From the NCBI GenBank assembly GCA_015680685.1, contig MNCI01000394.1, positions 157,547 to 221,546 on the forward strand: a stretch of DNA of 64,000 bases. The letters are read 5' to 3'. Shown here piece after piece: positions 1-14,400 of the stretch. The DNA is from Gnetum montanum (lineage: Eukaryota; Plantae; Gnetophyta). The notes beneath the pieces are model-generated. The model made no database searches and was not told where the DNA came from. It was given only the letters and a program-made list of their open reading frames with translations. Each line of letters starts with the position of its first letter. The stretch's first letter is position 1. The translations under genes and the position numbers were made by a program.

Positions 1-316
1 AAGCATTAATTACTAATTAGCTTAATTTGTATGTTGCAAGGTTTATCATAAAGTTCGTCTTTATTGCCATACACAAAATTGTGCTCAGGTACAAATTGTT
101 TGAATAAAGATCCGTTCACTCTATGACTCCTATTGTGGGCACACAGAAATAATTCTAACTCTGGAATAACAAAATTGCAAGAATTTGGCTAAGGGTATAA
201 GTCTAGCTACTTGGAACCAAAGGCGCTGCCTCTTATTTATAGAAGATGAGGCAAGACACGATATTGCGTATGCAATATCACGTCGTGGATGTGATATCGC
301 GTATCGCGGCTCATCA
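1..316 (-). mobile_element. Partial LTR (U3 end) of the TGATGAG..CTCATCA Athila-like family, truncated by the window start
   Basis: Colinear similarity to 53090-53426 (solo LTR C); ends CTCATCA; reverse TATA (tatttatag) and CGATATCG repeats. Confidence 0.85.
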
Positions 317-734
317 ACATGTGATATTGTTTGTAACAACTAAAACATTTAAACAAATTTAGAGAAAAAAACACACAGGAATATACTACGGGAAAAAATA
401 AAAAAAAGCCTAACAAGAAACAAGCTAAGAATTACACAAGCACAATGGACAAGAGAGAATGGGAAAGTAGAGTGTAAACACACTACCTTTGATACTTCTT
501 TGTAATCATATTTATAGTGTGTGATGAACATCTATAGATATACACCAAAATAATAGTTTGCATTGACTACTCTGTAGATATATGTAGTTAAATATTCAAC
601 ATTGCAGTATACTACAACATAACTATTGTAACTAGACAATTACAAAAAGATAGTGCTTGTAACCAATGAGATAATCGTATTTGAGCTTATGTGAATGATA
701 GCTTGCCTTGCTTTTACTCACACTATGGAAATAT

Positions 735-1200
735 TTTATACTTCGAAAATCAACTATGAAAGCTATCTATTTGCTAAGATAGTTATGGAGAAATTTAAGT
801 AAAGAAAATAAATTTGTATGTGATTTTTATTAACTTGGAAAATGCCTATAATAGAGTTTCCAAGAGATTATTTAGCAAACATTAAAGAGGAAGAATATTC
901 CTTCTAGCTTGTTGCATCAACTTGGGTTCAGATTATCTATGGAGAGACTAGAAACTTTTGGATGAATCTGGAGCTACACTAAGGATTTACTCTAGACCCT
1001 TATTTGTGGTTTCTATTACGGATGAGCTAACTCAAGAAATTTAAGATAAGATTCCTTAGTGCATGCCCTTTGCTATAATATTGTTTTGGTGTATAAATCT
1101 AAAGAAGTCGTGTTTTGAAAATAAGGATTTAGAGAAACAACCTAGAATCAAAAAGGATTAATCAAAGTAAAAAAGAACACATGAAATGTATTTTTGGTGG
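735..1200 (+). mobile_element. Degenerate RTE-clade LINE, reverse transcriptase remnant
   Basis: Broken translation STMKAIYLLR / NLYVIFINLENAYNRV / DELTQEI.DKIP.CMPFA matches the RTE RT motifs STMEAIFLIR, HMVFIDLEKAYDRV and DELT..IQ..VPWCMLFADD. Confidence 0.75.
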
Positions 1201-1471
1201 AAAATGAGCAATGGAAAGTAGGTAATGAAGACAAAGAATAAAAGTCAAAATCAAAAGTAAACAAGAACACATGAAATGCATGTAGAAAATGAATAGTGGA
1301 AAAATGAGAGGCAAAGACATGAAGATTATTATTCAAAATTAAGCAATTACTTGCTTAGTAATAGCAATTCAAATACTTGAGATCCCTTACTCAATTGGCC
1401 AACCAAATTAATCATCATGTAATAAATAAAATTAAAACAACTAAAATCCTTGTGGTTAGTCCTTAAAACTT

Positions 1472-1495
1472 TATATATATATATATATATATATA
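1472..1495. repeat. (TA)12 microsatellite
   Basis: Direct reading. Confidence 0.95.
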
Positions 1496-1619
1496 AAATT
1501 GCATATTCACATGAGCTATGCACTACGTTTTAAGCTTGGCTGGTCACACACATTCTATTCAAGAACTATTTAAAAAGAAATTCCACTATTTCAGTTTCCC
1601 AAATAATAGGACTGAAACT

Positions 1620-2237
1620 TGAAACTTAGCGATTTTGTTCATCGATATTTGTTAAGCCTACATTATTTACGCGAACCAGTAACCCAAACGAAATTAAGAA
1701 ATTTAAAAAAACGTGAGAGGAATATAAATTATCTACAGGAAATAGGACAGCACATGTTTTTTTCCGATCTTCGCACGAACGGTGCGCGACTGTGTAGTCA
1801 TCCGCAGTTGCTTTTCTATCATCCAGATGAACTTTTCTCCTCTGTGAAATTTTCATCTAAACTGAAAAGTCAGCGAGCGAAATATTTGGGTGAGATCCAC
1901 GAAACCCACGGTCGCCCTAAAACCCGCCTGTATGTTTTTTTCCCTTTTTTGCTTTCTGTCGTGGAGACAGCCACTAAAGCTACCGCTCAGTTAAGTAGTT
2001 CCAGTCATATTCAGACATTCGTTTCATACTTTTCGAACAGAGTTAAACGTAGTTTCAGTGCAGCAGTGTTCATGTATTTTGGACTCTCTTATTACTGATC
2101 TGTAACAGCCATGAGGCTCTGCCCAGCAGCAACAGTTTCTCAGTGCTTGGGCTATTTTGGGCTGTTCAAATTTTAGGTGGTTTTTGAAAGTTTTTGGTTG
2201 TGGGGTTTTGTTGGTTTTGCTTGATTTGGGGATAAAA
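1620..2237 (+). promoter_or_regulatory. Probable promoter/5' UTR of the Kelch gene (CpG-retaining segment)
   Basis: Many intact CG dinucleotides (cgcgaacc, ggtgcgcgac, cagcgagcga, cacggtcgcc) immediately upstream of exon 1, unlike the decayed flanking TEs; TSS not determined. Confidence 0.55.
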
Positions 2238-2451
2238 ATGGCGATGATGTGGGAGAGGGTGAGGCTGAACATGAAGGCCAAGGAGGTTTCTGAGGGCAAG
2301 AAGGCCCCGGGTAGGAAGGGAGGAATCATGGGGCCTGGCAGACGGTGGGGCCACACCTGCAACTCTGTTAAAAATGGAAGATTGCTCTATGTTTTCGGTG
2401 GCTATGGAAAGGATAATTGCCAGACCAACGACGTACATGTCTACGACTACA
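2238..2451 (+). CDS. Kelch gene exon 1 (MAMMWERV...GPGRRWGHTCNSVKNGRLLYVFGGYGKDNCQTNDVHVYDY)
   Basis: ATG at 2238 in AAAAATGG context (downstream ATGs at 2244/2247 also possible); donor GTATGT at 2452. Confidence 0.92.
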
Positions 2452-5400
2452 GTATGTAAAACTCCCTACTCTGATTCCGCATACATCATGTTGTTGCTGT
2501 TTTTGGGTTGTTCTGGGAGTCCTTGGAGTCTGAAGATTTCTGGGTTAATTTATTTCCTTCTCTTTGATTTTTATGGCTTGACATTTTTGACATTTCTTTG
2601 TCATACCGTTTTTGAGGTGGCTGCTTTTATTGATTTTGGGTTCTTACTTCTTGGTTTTGTGTTGGCAGTGTGTATTGATTGAATTGATTTTGTAGCCTCT
2701 TGCTCATGGGTTCTAAGATTTTCCTGGTTTCGATTGGTTAGGCAAAGGATCATGGAGCAAGCCCATGGTGAAGGGTGCAGTCCCTTCTCCTAGAGACAGC
2801 CACAGCTGCACTGCTGTTGGGACAGAATTGTTTGTGTTCGGTGGCACTGATGGCAAGAATCCTCTCTCGGACTTGTATATTCTTGACACTAGTGAGTCAT
2901 ATCATGCACAGAATTTCTGTTTTATTATACGTTTTTAGTTTAAATTTCCTTGCATCTGTATCCCTGTATACATGCATTTGATTGTTTGTCTGGGTATCCT
3001 ACTTTTTCGTAGATCCAGGTTTTATTTTACTCATGTTAACTATCAAGGTCGAGTTTTTCATGGCTCCAATATCTATCATTTGTAGGCCAATTTGCAACAA
3101 ATTTAACATGTATTGGAAGGTCTATGTGTATTTAAAATGGGCATCTCTCTTTACTATAAATGATTGCATGACTTTTGTACCCATTCTACTTATGCATACT
3201 ATTTCTTTTACATTTTGATAGTTTTCTTTCTGTATCTGATTGATTCATCCTAATATCTATTTTTCTTCCAGAAATTATGCGCTATTTCTTAAATGTGTTA
3301 TTTTTTGTTCACATAACCCAATAAATGTCACATTCATCTATACAGTTTTCATCCAAACAACGCTACATGTTGGTCTTCTATATGCTTACAATCTATATAT
3401 TAGTATATAAATATTTACATGTATACATTTGCTGTTTGTTTTGAAGCTGGTAGGCGTTAAACAGTATATTTCTTGTAATATTGTACTCATAGGTAATGCC
3501 ACTTGGGTGTTGAACCTTGTAGGTGTTAAACATGAGTTTTTAAGTTGGTCAATTACTGTATTTTATTTATCAATTTTCAACTTAAGATGAAAGCCCTACA
3601 TCTATTTGAATTCTGTCTATCCTCTAACTAGCAGTTTCTAGACTATGATTTAAAGTGCATTGGACGCTGTTGTCTGCTACCTTTTTTTTTTCACGTTACT
3701 GTTATGTAGAACATGATTTTACATCCTTTATCATCATCATCATCATGGTGCTTTTATCCCAACACCATGAGCTAACCTGTTAAGATAGGCAAATGAATTG
3801 ATGACAATTTTTATCAGCTCCTAGGTGGTACATATATCAACAGAGCCATATTGTGATCAAACCTGTAACTTGCACAACCACAAATCACATGCTCTGTGTA
3901 GGCCTCATTGATTGACATGATTTTACAGCCTTAAATATCAATCTTTTTTTAATCTATGAATCATGATATTGCAAAATTCTGCCTATTAATGTGAAGGCGT
4001 TTTTACTTTTAGTAAGTAATTTATGCTGTTATAAAGTTGACTGGATATGTGTATGAAAAGTGTAGGAAATGTATGCTGTGGGTTGCATTTGAATGCACAA
4101 TTCTCAACTAGAATTTGGGCCTATTGGACCAGTATGGTTATTATTTTGTTCCTATTTTTGTAACTCATAAAAACCAGTGCTATTAAATAATAGAGTTTTA
4201 TAGTATTTCTACTGCATGTGAACTTAAGAAAGATTTTTGGATGCATTTTGCTACTAAATTTGCCAATTCTGCTTTTAAAGCTACTTAATTCTTCTTGTGG
4301 GTGATGTTGAATATGTGCCTTTTTCTGTAATTAGCTACTAATACTTGGTCCCAGCCAAATGTGACTGGACAAGGACCCACTGCCCGTGAAGGACACAGTT
4401 CAACTCTGGTTGGACGTAATCTGTTCATATTTGGAGGTTGTGGTAAAGCTGAAGATGAAGATGAGATCTACTATAACGATCTTTACATTTTGGATACAGG
4501 TACTTTTTAGATTTTGTTTTGAAAAGTGATACGTTTGTTTTGCAATCTCTCATGTTATAGTCTTTTCCATGTTATTCGCATTAAGATAAGTTGAAAATTT
4601 ACCATTCAAAGAACAAATATTAAGAAGTTTTAGTTATTAAACCTACAGTAAGCTTGATGTTATTCCTTGTCACAAATTAGGTTTTAGAATCACTCTGAAA
4701 TTTTTGCACCACAGTCAAGGCACAGTGAGAATGTTTAAGGACGTTATTTTTAAACAAAGCTTATTTTTATGGCAAGAAAAATAATGTGATTTGAAATTAA
4801 GACTGTTAAGACTGAGATATTGTAAATTAATCACCAATAGATACAACTGCAAGGGAAGCTAATGGGTACAAAGAAATCAGCTCAAGGTTACAATGAAATC
4901 AAACTATTTCACTGTATATTATAATTCTCAACAGGAAGCTAAGGCACTGCATCCACTATTTCCCTTTGAACTTGCATTTGTTAGATTTAGTTGGACACAT
5001 GCATGAAGTTCTAAACTAAGATGCCTCAAAAGCATGATCGAGCTTTTGTAGGAAGAGGATTCAGAGGAAGATATAAATGAAAGTTATTTATAAATGAAAG
5101 ATATAAAGATAAATTTGTAAACAACTTGAAACACTGAGTATCAAAGATTAATAGTTAATATTCAAATATGAGATGTAGTCTTACCATTCATTAATTGCTT
5201 CTTGATAAGTTTATTCCCTAGTTTAGAAAACACTGGCTTAATGCTTGGATCCACATTGAATATGCAATGGCCAAATTTTAAGGCTTTTAACAAAACTGGT
5301 AGTCAATTATCAAGGGTTAACTAGCCAAAATTAGCAAGATCATTTTCTGCAATCACAGATTTCAAAATCTAGCATTTCAACTCAATATTAATGCAAATTT

Positions 5401-8400
5401 CCTTTCAAAATATGCCAAATCCTGTAATTGATATATCATCTTGATATTGTAGAGACACAAAATAAATTGTGATGTGTTGATGGAATAAATCTTGCTTTAG
5501 CAAAAGAATTTTATGGAGAGTTTCAGAAGATAATTTGAGCTTTCTTTATTTTTGTACAAACAAACTTAGCTCCAAAATAAAGCTGATCTATTAAGATATG
5601 ATAATCTACTAATTGATGCTTGAAATGATACATGATGACTATTTTACCAGCATAATGCTTTCATTTAATTAATGGAATGCATAAAGCATGGATGTCTAAA
5701 AAAATATTTAAGTGTGAAAATCTTAAATTTCCTCAGTTTGGACATTTAATTTTTTGAAAAATGGTGAACCTCTTTCACTTGGTTAGTTTCACTTTTGACA
5801 CATCTTTCAAGTAAGAGCACGTCATGTTGATCATGTTAATGCACATGTGCCCTTGGAATTAAACGTGGGTTAGTTGGGTAAATCTTTGCATTAAGTTAGT
5901 TTGATTTACTTAAAATAACATATTCTTGCATTGCTAAATTTTCTAACTATTTAGGTCTAGGAAAACTTTGTTATACTTTTTAACTGTAATTATGTCTATT
6001 TACCATTACCTTTCTTTTGTAATGTATAAATATATAACTTAATAGATATAAAGAGACCAGTTTTTTGGTTTTTAGTTGATATATTTAGATTTTGACAGTC
6101 AACAGGATAAAAAATGGAAATATTTTTTTACCAATGAAATTCTCTGATAAAGGTAAGTTTGTTCAAAGATTGAATTTTCCATTTTTTAAATTTGAAAGTA
6201 CTATAATTTAAGCATCTCCTAATGTCGTTTACTCCAATGCCTTAGTTTAATATCTTTTAATTTGGGATTCCAGGCATTTCTATGTGTCTGCAATTTATGC
6301 TTTAGTACATTTGTATAATCAGAGAAGCAATGGGCTGACATTAAAGATTATATGCATAATTGAATGTCAGATGTTGATACCGTAGTCAGAGCTGATATTC
6401 ATAAAAGCATTGGTCGGAAAGTGTGAGTTCCATTTTTTCATCTTATATAATCTGCTAAATTTCATACAATCATTAAAAAATCACAATATCGCACAATTGG
6501 TGAAAGGATTTTATCCAACTTTCCTCGTTTGACTTTTAGGGCACTTGTGTGATCTAAGGGTCTGGAAAGACATGCTTTTACAGGTCAAACGTTTAACTAA
6601 TCAATAAAGGAGGTTCACCAATACCTATTACTTAGGATGATCAGATATATTCTTGAGACACTATTAGCTAAAATGACAATGCACATTTAAACAGAAAAAA
6701 TGCAAGCTGTGAATGAGTACTATGATGTTTTATTTCATTTTACAAAGGCTTGATTATTTTGCTAAAAGTTTTTGCATAACAGATGAAGTGAATGCTTTAA
6801 TTGATGATTTTTGGTTCTGCTTATCAAAATCAGTATTCAATACACTAAATAGTAAATTTAGGATGAGGAACCTATAAAATATGCTGCTTCTTGTACATGC
6901 TGAGGTGAACAATGAAAATGAAAGTGGATCTTTCTTGTCTCATTTTTAGTTGGTTGGAGATCATGTATATCCCAGGAATGAACTTAGTTTGATACAACTT
7001 TGGGATAAAGCTTGTAGTAACAAATTACCAATTGAATAAAAATCATCAAATAAAAGTATCATTTTACTAACTTTCTTTTGCCCAACTATAAATCTTTCTT
7101 TCCTAATTATAGGAACATGAAGGTATAAATTTATGATGCGGTTTTTATGCTTTCAAGTTAAAAAAATTCTTATTTCTTTCATAACAGATCGTACAAATTT
7201 GATGTGATGAGGTGATTTGCTATGTTATTTTCTGTCTGCTATGGCAAAAAAGAAAGAGATGCTGTGGTGTGGCATTTCTAGGCATAGAGTGTTTGTACAC
7301 ATTAATATAGTTTTTACAGTAAAAGAATATATATAAAATTGGTAGGGATATCTCCCTTGTTCAGTGGACTGTTAGCCAATCTTCTCTAGAAAAAAATCTG
7401 AAGGTCAAGGGTATCATGGAGCGATATTTGCCTACAGGAGAAAAATGGCATTAGCCTGAACCTGCAGCCTAACAGTTTCTTTCTCCAAGCACTCCCAGCC
7501 TTAAGCCTATTGTGGAATTTGTAAGTTCTATTAAGACTACCTTGGAATTTAATCATGAACTCATTCGTTATGCATCTATCGAAGGACAACAACAGGCATA
7601 AGCTTTGAAACTTCTCCTTCCCTCCTGCTGTTTAATGGCATCATGGCAGAGGGCTAAACTGGGGGTTTAATGTTCATATCATGGCCACTTGTTGCACCTT
7701 TGTGGCATAAACATCATCAAAATATTCTATATGTGAAAGTTCATAGGGTCGAAGTTAGCCATTCCTTATAAAAAGGATGAACATACTGAAACCAATCCAT
7801 CTCTTGTTTGTGTCTGTATTAAAACTACTTTGTCATAGTATTTAAACCATAATAATGTCCAAAATTTTTTGTGCCTGATTTCAGTTTCATTTTGGGTATT
7901 TTTTAAATATGAAAATAAATAATTTGAAGTGTGTAGTTATCATATAATGGTTTTAGAATCTTTTATGCTAAATAAGCTTTGGTGTACCATATGAAGTGAT
8001 ATGCATGAGTTTTGACAAGGATCAATATTTGTTCTATAGACAAGCAAGTCAACTTAATTGACATTTTAAGTTGTGGTGAAAATTGACATGACCGACTCAC
8101 AACAACTCGTACGAAATATTGTGTTTTTTTTCCTAATATTTGTAACGCAATAGAAGGCAGTGCAACACTGTTTGCAGCCACAAACAGTTTGAATATGTAT
8201 CTCCAAATTACATGAGGACTTTTTGGTCATATCAACATAATGACCTAGGAGCGAAAGTAACATTGAAGCCAAGAGAAAGCGATTTAAAAATTAAATGTAA
8301 TGAAGAAGAAAAAAAATAGAAATGATGTAAGAATGGAAAAAGAAACAGTTTTGTGGACAAACTGGTAGAGGAATGATAGAAAACGTAATTCTATTGATTG

Positions 8401-11400
8401 CATTTGTGGGGAAAACAATGGATCTATGCTAGGAAAAATAAAACGATTGAAACAAAGGGGAAAATGCACCCTTTATTTCTAGAGAAATGTTTACAGTAGA
8501 TGATAAGCAAAACCCTTCTTTACTGTCTAGGGCAGAGGGGGTTTTAGGGTGGAATAGAAAAAAGATAAAAATAAAAATAAGTTGGAACTTGTAAATCAAT
8601 GATATGTTTGGAGAAGAACTAGGTGATTCAAAGGTTGCCGATGATGTATGCCTGATTGGGTTTTTTTTCGAGATAAATGCTAATGTGGGTATAGCTTTGA
8701 TGTAACAGGGATTTGGATCGAACCAATCTGTTTGAGTTTGATCCAAGGGTTTCTTTGTGTGTCAACCAGGTACATAATGAAGGAAATACAATTACGTTAG
8801 ATAAAAATAAGGTTTGCTAGAGCATACAAGAGCTATGGAAATGCAATGTGATTGGCTGATGTGAATTTGTATCTTGTCTGAGAGAGAATGCAATTAGATT
8901 TGACTTGATTTAATTAAAGATGCAAGATCAAAGATAGATGAGATGCCCAAAATGATGTTCTAGGTCTTCTATTTATAGATGGAAAAATGCCTCGTAGGTT
9001 TTGAAAAAATAATGTACTGGGACCCACGAAGAAGACTTTGAAGCTTCTGGATGTTGATGTCAAAATGATGCCAAAAATAATGCCAAATGCTGCAAAGAAG
9101 CTGAATGATGTTGTCTAGTAAGCTTCCAAATGGCTGAAAGGAAGACAAATATGGGTACAGCACAAGTATACCAGACTGTCATGTCTTATTGGTATGGACC
9201 TGAGTTATGTATCCTTTATACACATTTGGTTTTTCAAAACCAACTTTTTTCCATAACTTTGATGTTCATTGTACAAAATTGTCTTAATGAAAGTTCTCTC
9301 AGAAGATCATGATAAAGACATTACAGTGGGTGTTGTTACTCTTCATAAGCAATCCGAAAAAAAAAAACCCTTAAACTACAAAGTATAGGGAGAAACTCTT
9401 TGGGGAACACTATGGTAGCTTAAATAAAGCAGATAGTAGCTTGAAAGAATAACCCAAAAAAATTCTTTTAAGATTTATTAAAAAGTTAACAGATTGTTTG
9501 TAAATAAAAAATATGGTTTTACTTTCTAATCCAATTGATGTTTTAAATGCCTTTTAAAAGCATTATTTATATGTTTTTTTTGTTAGTGAGGCATAGCTGC
9601 TTGGTAAGATAATGTGGCTTGTGGTATGCAAGTTACAGGTTTGATCCCAGGAGGTATGCTGAGACATGTGTCACCTAGGGGCATGGTGAAAATAAAAATT
9701 AAAGGGCTATTGTATTAAGTAGACACTCGATGATAGTAAATCATTGCTAAATCCTTCACTTACCATAACCAGTAGCTTAGACAGATGTGCAATGTCAAAT
9801 CCTTCACTTACCATAACTGGTAGCAATGCTTTAAATTTAGCTTCTTTCTTTTTGCCAAGTTTTGAGATTCAGATTTTGAAGATAATACTTAATTTACAAG
9901 ATATGAGAAAAGTGTTGTTTTTTTCAGTGTTTTAATATAAGTCTATAAAGTTGGCTAGTTTTGCTTGTGAATTTTATAAGCAGTTTTTAAAATGATATCT
10001 CGTGATTTTTAAAATATATGTACAAGAAAGCTCTTTTTGGTTGATCATTGGAGAAATTGATTAATCAAAAATTGATTTAACTACTTCCAAAATTTGAATT
10101 ATTACAAAAATTCCCAATTGGCAACTAGTTACTTTGTTGAATGTGTACTATGAAATAGATCTATGCTATCATGCATGTGTATGGGCTAGACTTGCAAATG
10201 ACCAAGTAGTGGCAGATCATTCTCACCTTGAGGTTATATATCTTCATGTTTAAGCTGATAAAAGGCACACCTCTACCTGAGATTATAAAGAGCAGGCTTC
10301 CAAATTGTTTTTTGTTTTCTGTTTATTTTTTTGGGACAAATAAAAGTACAATATATTAATCAATTAAGATTTGAAGTACAATGAGATTAGTCATTTAATC
10401 TTAAGGATCAACTAAAATATAAGCTTCCATATCTTTATTAGCTATGAGTTTTTAAAGAAACTATGGGAGTTTTTTTGTGATGTATTGGAGATATGGATTC
10501 GTCTCCCAAATTTAATGATTTGATTATCTTGCAAATAGGATTTGAAAACAATTGATGATTGTTGTAGGAGATTGTAGAGAACTTTGCTGCCATGTTTTCG
10601 GTTTGAATTTTGGAAAAGCATGTCATTAATGTTTCTTCAATGGTGAATGTCCGATCCCTTGCTCAATTTATTCTTCTATTTTGCAAACTGTTGAGAGATT
10701 TAGCTATTGCTATATAGGATTTCTGGTGGTAACTGGATGATATTATACTTCGAGACATCATGGATCCTAACTTTGGAGGGTAATGAAGTTGATTGACAGT
10801 TTTATATATTTTCTTTGGGTGCCCTGCTAAATTGTGTTGTTGAGGCTATGGTTATCACTAAGTTTTTTTTCTTTTGGCTAAAATCTTTTTGGGAATAGTT
10901 ATTGGTTATTCAATTTATGTTTGATATCAATAAGGTGTTAGCCTAGTGGTAAGACTTTTGAAATGGATACGATAGGTCATAGTTTCAATTCCAGTGGGGA
11001 AAGTTGAGTTATTGATAACTTCTGTAAAAAGCATTCTGAAACCAGTGGGGTATGACAAATCTAAAAATTTCAGTTTCAGGTTTGTTTCAATTTCAAATAT
11101 CTAATTAATTTATAGGAAGCTTCCCATAGAAAGTGAAAATCCAAAAGGGTGCTTTTGAAAAAGGGCAAGGCTTTATTATTTTTCTACTAGTTAGGAAGGA
11201 GTGTGTTCAGGATTGGTTGAAAGGGTAAAAACACAAAAGAGTATCTTCAAAACAATTGGGCCTTACTTTTAATGGTCTTAGCTTAGTGGTGAGACTCTTG
11301 ATTTGGAAGATCCAAGTTTTTGATTCTAGCAAGCAATGTTGAGTTATAAAATTCTAATTTGACTATATACCTTGGGGTAAAATATTGTGCAAAAAAAGTT

Positions 11401-14400
11401 TTGGATTCTAACACCCCTTGGTCCCCTTTTTACGAATCTTATTTTTATGAACTTTATGCAAATTTGCTATTTCATGATTGGAATTTGGGCTTTGCAATCT
11501 TTATGTTTAATAAACTTTTGATGGGTTGAAATACAAATTTTCCCCATATAAGTTTCTTACTCTTTATAGGAAACATCATTTGGAGTAATGGTAAGATGCT
11601 TATTTCTCAAGTCATAAGACTTGGATTTGAGCATGGGCAGAGCTACTCAAAATAGGTTAGGCTTTTGTTCATCCACTGACCCTAGTAGGAGCCCAACTTG
11701 GCAAGATGAGCATTGAACCTCTATGTGATGATCTTAAGTTTCTTACTCTTAATGTATTTATGTCATGTAGCTTGACATATATATTATGTAATAGTTGCTA
11801 GTTATCTTTCTAATGGGCTTTAAAAAGGCATCTGTATAGCTTGCTTGGCTTTTCCACCCTTTGTCCAAAGGGAAATTGAGTTGCATGCTTTTGGTTTTGA
11901 TTGAATTCAAACAGTTTAAATTCTTTGAAAGGGATCAAAAGGATCAAAGGAAGTGATAATGAATAAAGTTTTATGGCTATGTCTGCTGCTTTCTTGTGAG
12001 TAGCTTGAAATGAGCTGCAAAGCAATTCAAAAGTAAGATATGTAGATCAATGTTGATTCGCCATTGTTGCTCTCTAACATGGATTGAGGATGCATTAACA
12101 AGAGCCTTTCATTGATGCTGCAAATTTTTCTGGTTTGCCATTGAAGGAATGTTTATAACCTCTATTTAAAGTTGGGAAATAGATACCGATGTTGCAAATT
12201 TTCTGGTTTGCCTTTGAAGGAACGTTTATACCCTAAATAGATACCGATGTTGATTTCGCTCTTTTAGATAAGGTTTTTGAGCAACATTTTGCATATCTTA
12301 CATCAAGTTATGTTTTCCTCTAGATTCTCAGTTGTTGTCATAGATCTCAATTAAATTTTAGCGTATCAAATTGTTTATTTTTTCACATTTTTGTACTACT
12401 TTATGCACAAAATAATTTACACATAGGCTTTTGCTTGTTGAACATATTACTTTTACTATTATACGGTTTATATATCCCATAAATAGCCTTATGACTGTAA
12501 GATTGATGCTTGAAAACACATGTATGTTTCTTATTTTGTTGAATTTCCAAATTTTCCTTTAATATTTGAAACATCTAGATTTAAGATACACGTCCGTAGG
12601 AATGTTACCATAGATGAATGTATTTCCAGCCCTTTCTACATTTGTTGGAGGCATTAGAACTCAAAACATTTTTGACTGTATGTATCTCAATATATATAGC
12701 CAAGGCAAATTTTTATAGAAGTTACATTGAATATAAAGGTATCTCAAGTGACTCAAATTAGCAACCTTGTGTCTGGAAATTCTTATAAGTCAATAAGATA
12801 ACGACTTGAGCAGCTTATCATTGGCATTTGATGGTGATATTTTATTGAGGTAAGCTTTTTAAAAAAGAAGAAGAAGCTGCTTTCCTTGATATGTGGGTAA
12901 AATAAAATATGTACACTGCATTGTCTATTTTGAAACTGAAACTAAATGTACTTAATTATGTGCACTGAGATCCTTTTGGATACCAGTTTTAGAACTTCTT
13001 TTATCAAATTTATTTATAACTTAGTAGTGCTTATTGGAATTGCACCTAGGACCTAGGGTTTACATATCAAAACTCTTACCACTAGGTTATCATCTCATTA
13101 TTTAATTATAGCTTAACTTTTGTAATTATTGCCATCATGAAGGTTACTTGTTTAATCAATGACCAAATTTGTAATGTTGTAAATTGGTTTAAAAAAAACT
13201 TTGAAAAAACAAATAGAGAGGGTGTCAAAACATGAAACGATTTGATTGTAGGTACATCCCAAGATATATAGTTAACATGATACATTAGAAGAATATTAGA
13301 AGAATTATAGAGGAATATAACGATGCTTGAAGTGTTTCTTGTCTAACAATTAGCTAATCACTTGAGCTATCTCTCATTGGCAGGAAGAAACAAATGAATT
13401 TGTTGTTGCTTACAATTGTAATGTTTGGTTGTAGACAATGACACATTTGTTTCCTTAGTGATCTAAGATAAAAGTAAAAAGGCTATTGATGCTATGAGGA
13501 ATATTTTGTCATTTGAGATTGCAAGTGTTATTAAAATCCCAAGTTGAAACTCATGTTTAAGCACACTCACAAAGAAAATAACAGTGATGGTTTTGTTATA
13601 ATCAAATCAAGAAAGCAAATGAACTTTGGAAATCCTATGAAAAGATTCAAACCTTCTCAATGAGACATTGTGTTAAATCAAATACAACAACACAGTCTCT
13701 TAATAAACAACGAGGTGTTAGATGAAGTGGTTTCTATTTCAGATTAGGTACAAGAATGGCAGCTTAGATGGTTTGGGCATGTGCAAAGAAGATTAGATAA
13801 TGAGCCTATAAGAAAAGGTTATTACATCACTATTCCAAGAAAGCCATTGAAATGAAGATCAAAAAAGACATGAGAAAAAACAATTGAAGATGATTTAAAG
13901 AAATTGCAAATAAATAAAGATCTAGCATGACATATAGGTGAATGGCAAAAAAGAACTCCTGTGGCTGATGCTATTTTGTTGGGACAAGGCTAGGATGACG
14001 ATGATGTGATGCTAGCCTAGTGGTAAGATGCTTGATTGGAAAGTTCAAGTTATTGGTTCGATTTTGGTGGGCAATGCTGAGTTATAAAGGTCTAATTTGA
14101 GTATGTGTCATGAGGGTAAATATTGTTAAGAAAAAGTTTTGGGTTATGAGACCTCTTAACAAAGTCTTTTTGGATCAATTTAGTTTCATGCTTTGAACTC
14201 TTTAAGGGTAGAAGATTGTTGTTAAGGTACCTTAATCATTTCTATTTCTTAGTTTTCATATTGTATAGAAGTTTCTTTGTAATGTAACTTTTCAATAAGA
14301 TGCTTTTGTTCATTTACTTACTTAATTTTTTTGTTTTTAAGCTAGTGATAGGTGGCTCAAGTGTTTAGCTTATTGTTTTGTTACATAAGAGGTTGCCAAT

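Noticed and set aside
320-601. Possible reverse Copia-type solo LTR
   Set aside because: Has a reverse TATA and a caaca end, but no clear TSD or second copy; insufficient support.
1619-2098. 159-aa ORF upstream of the Kelch gene
   Set aside because: Starts at TTG, has no recognisable motif and overlaps the likely promoter/5' UTR; probably a chance ORF in less AT-rich DNA.
2024-2438. Antisense ORFs (112 and 90 aa) over exon 1
   Set aside because: Shadow frames of GC-richer coding and UTR sequence.
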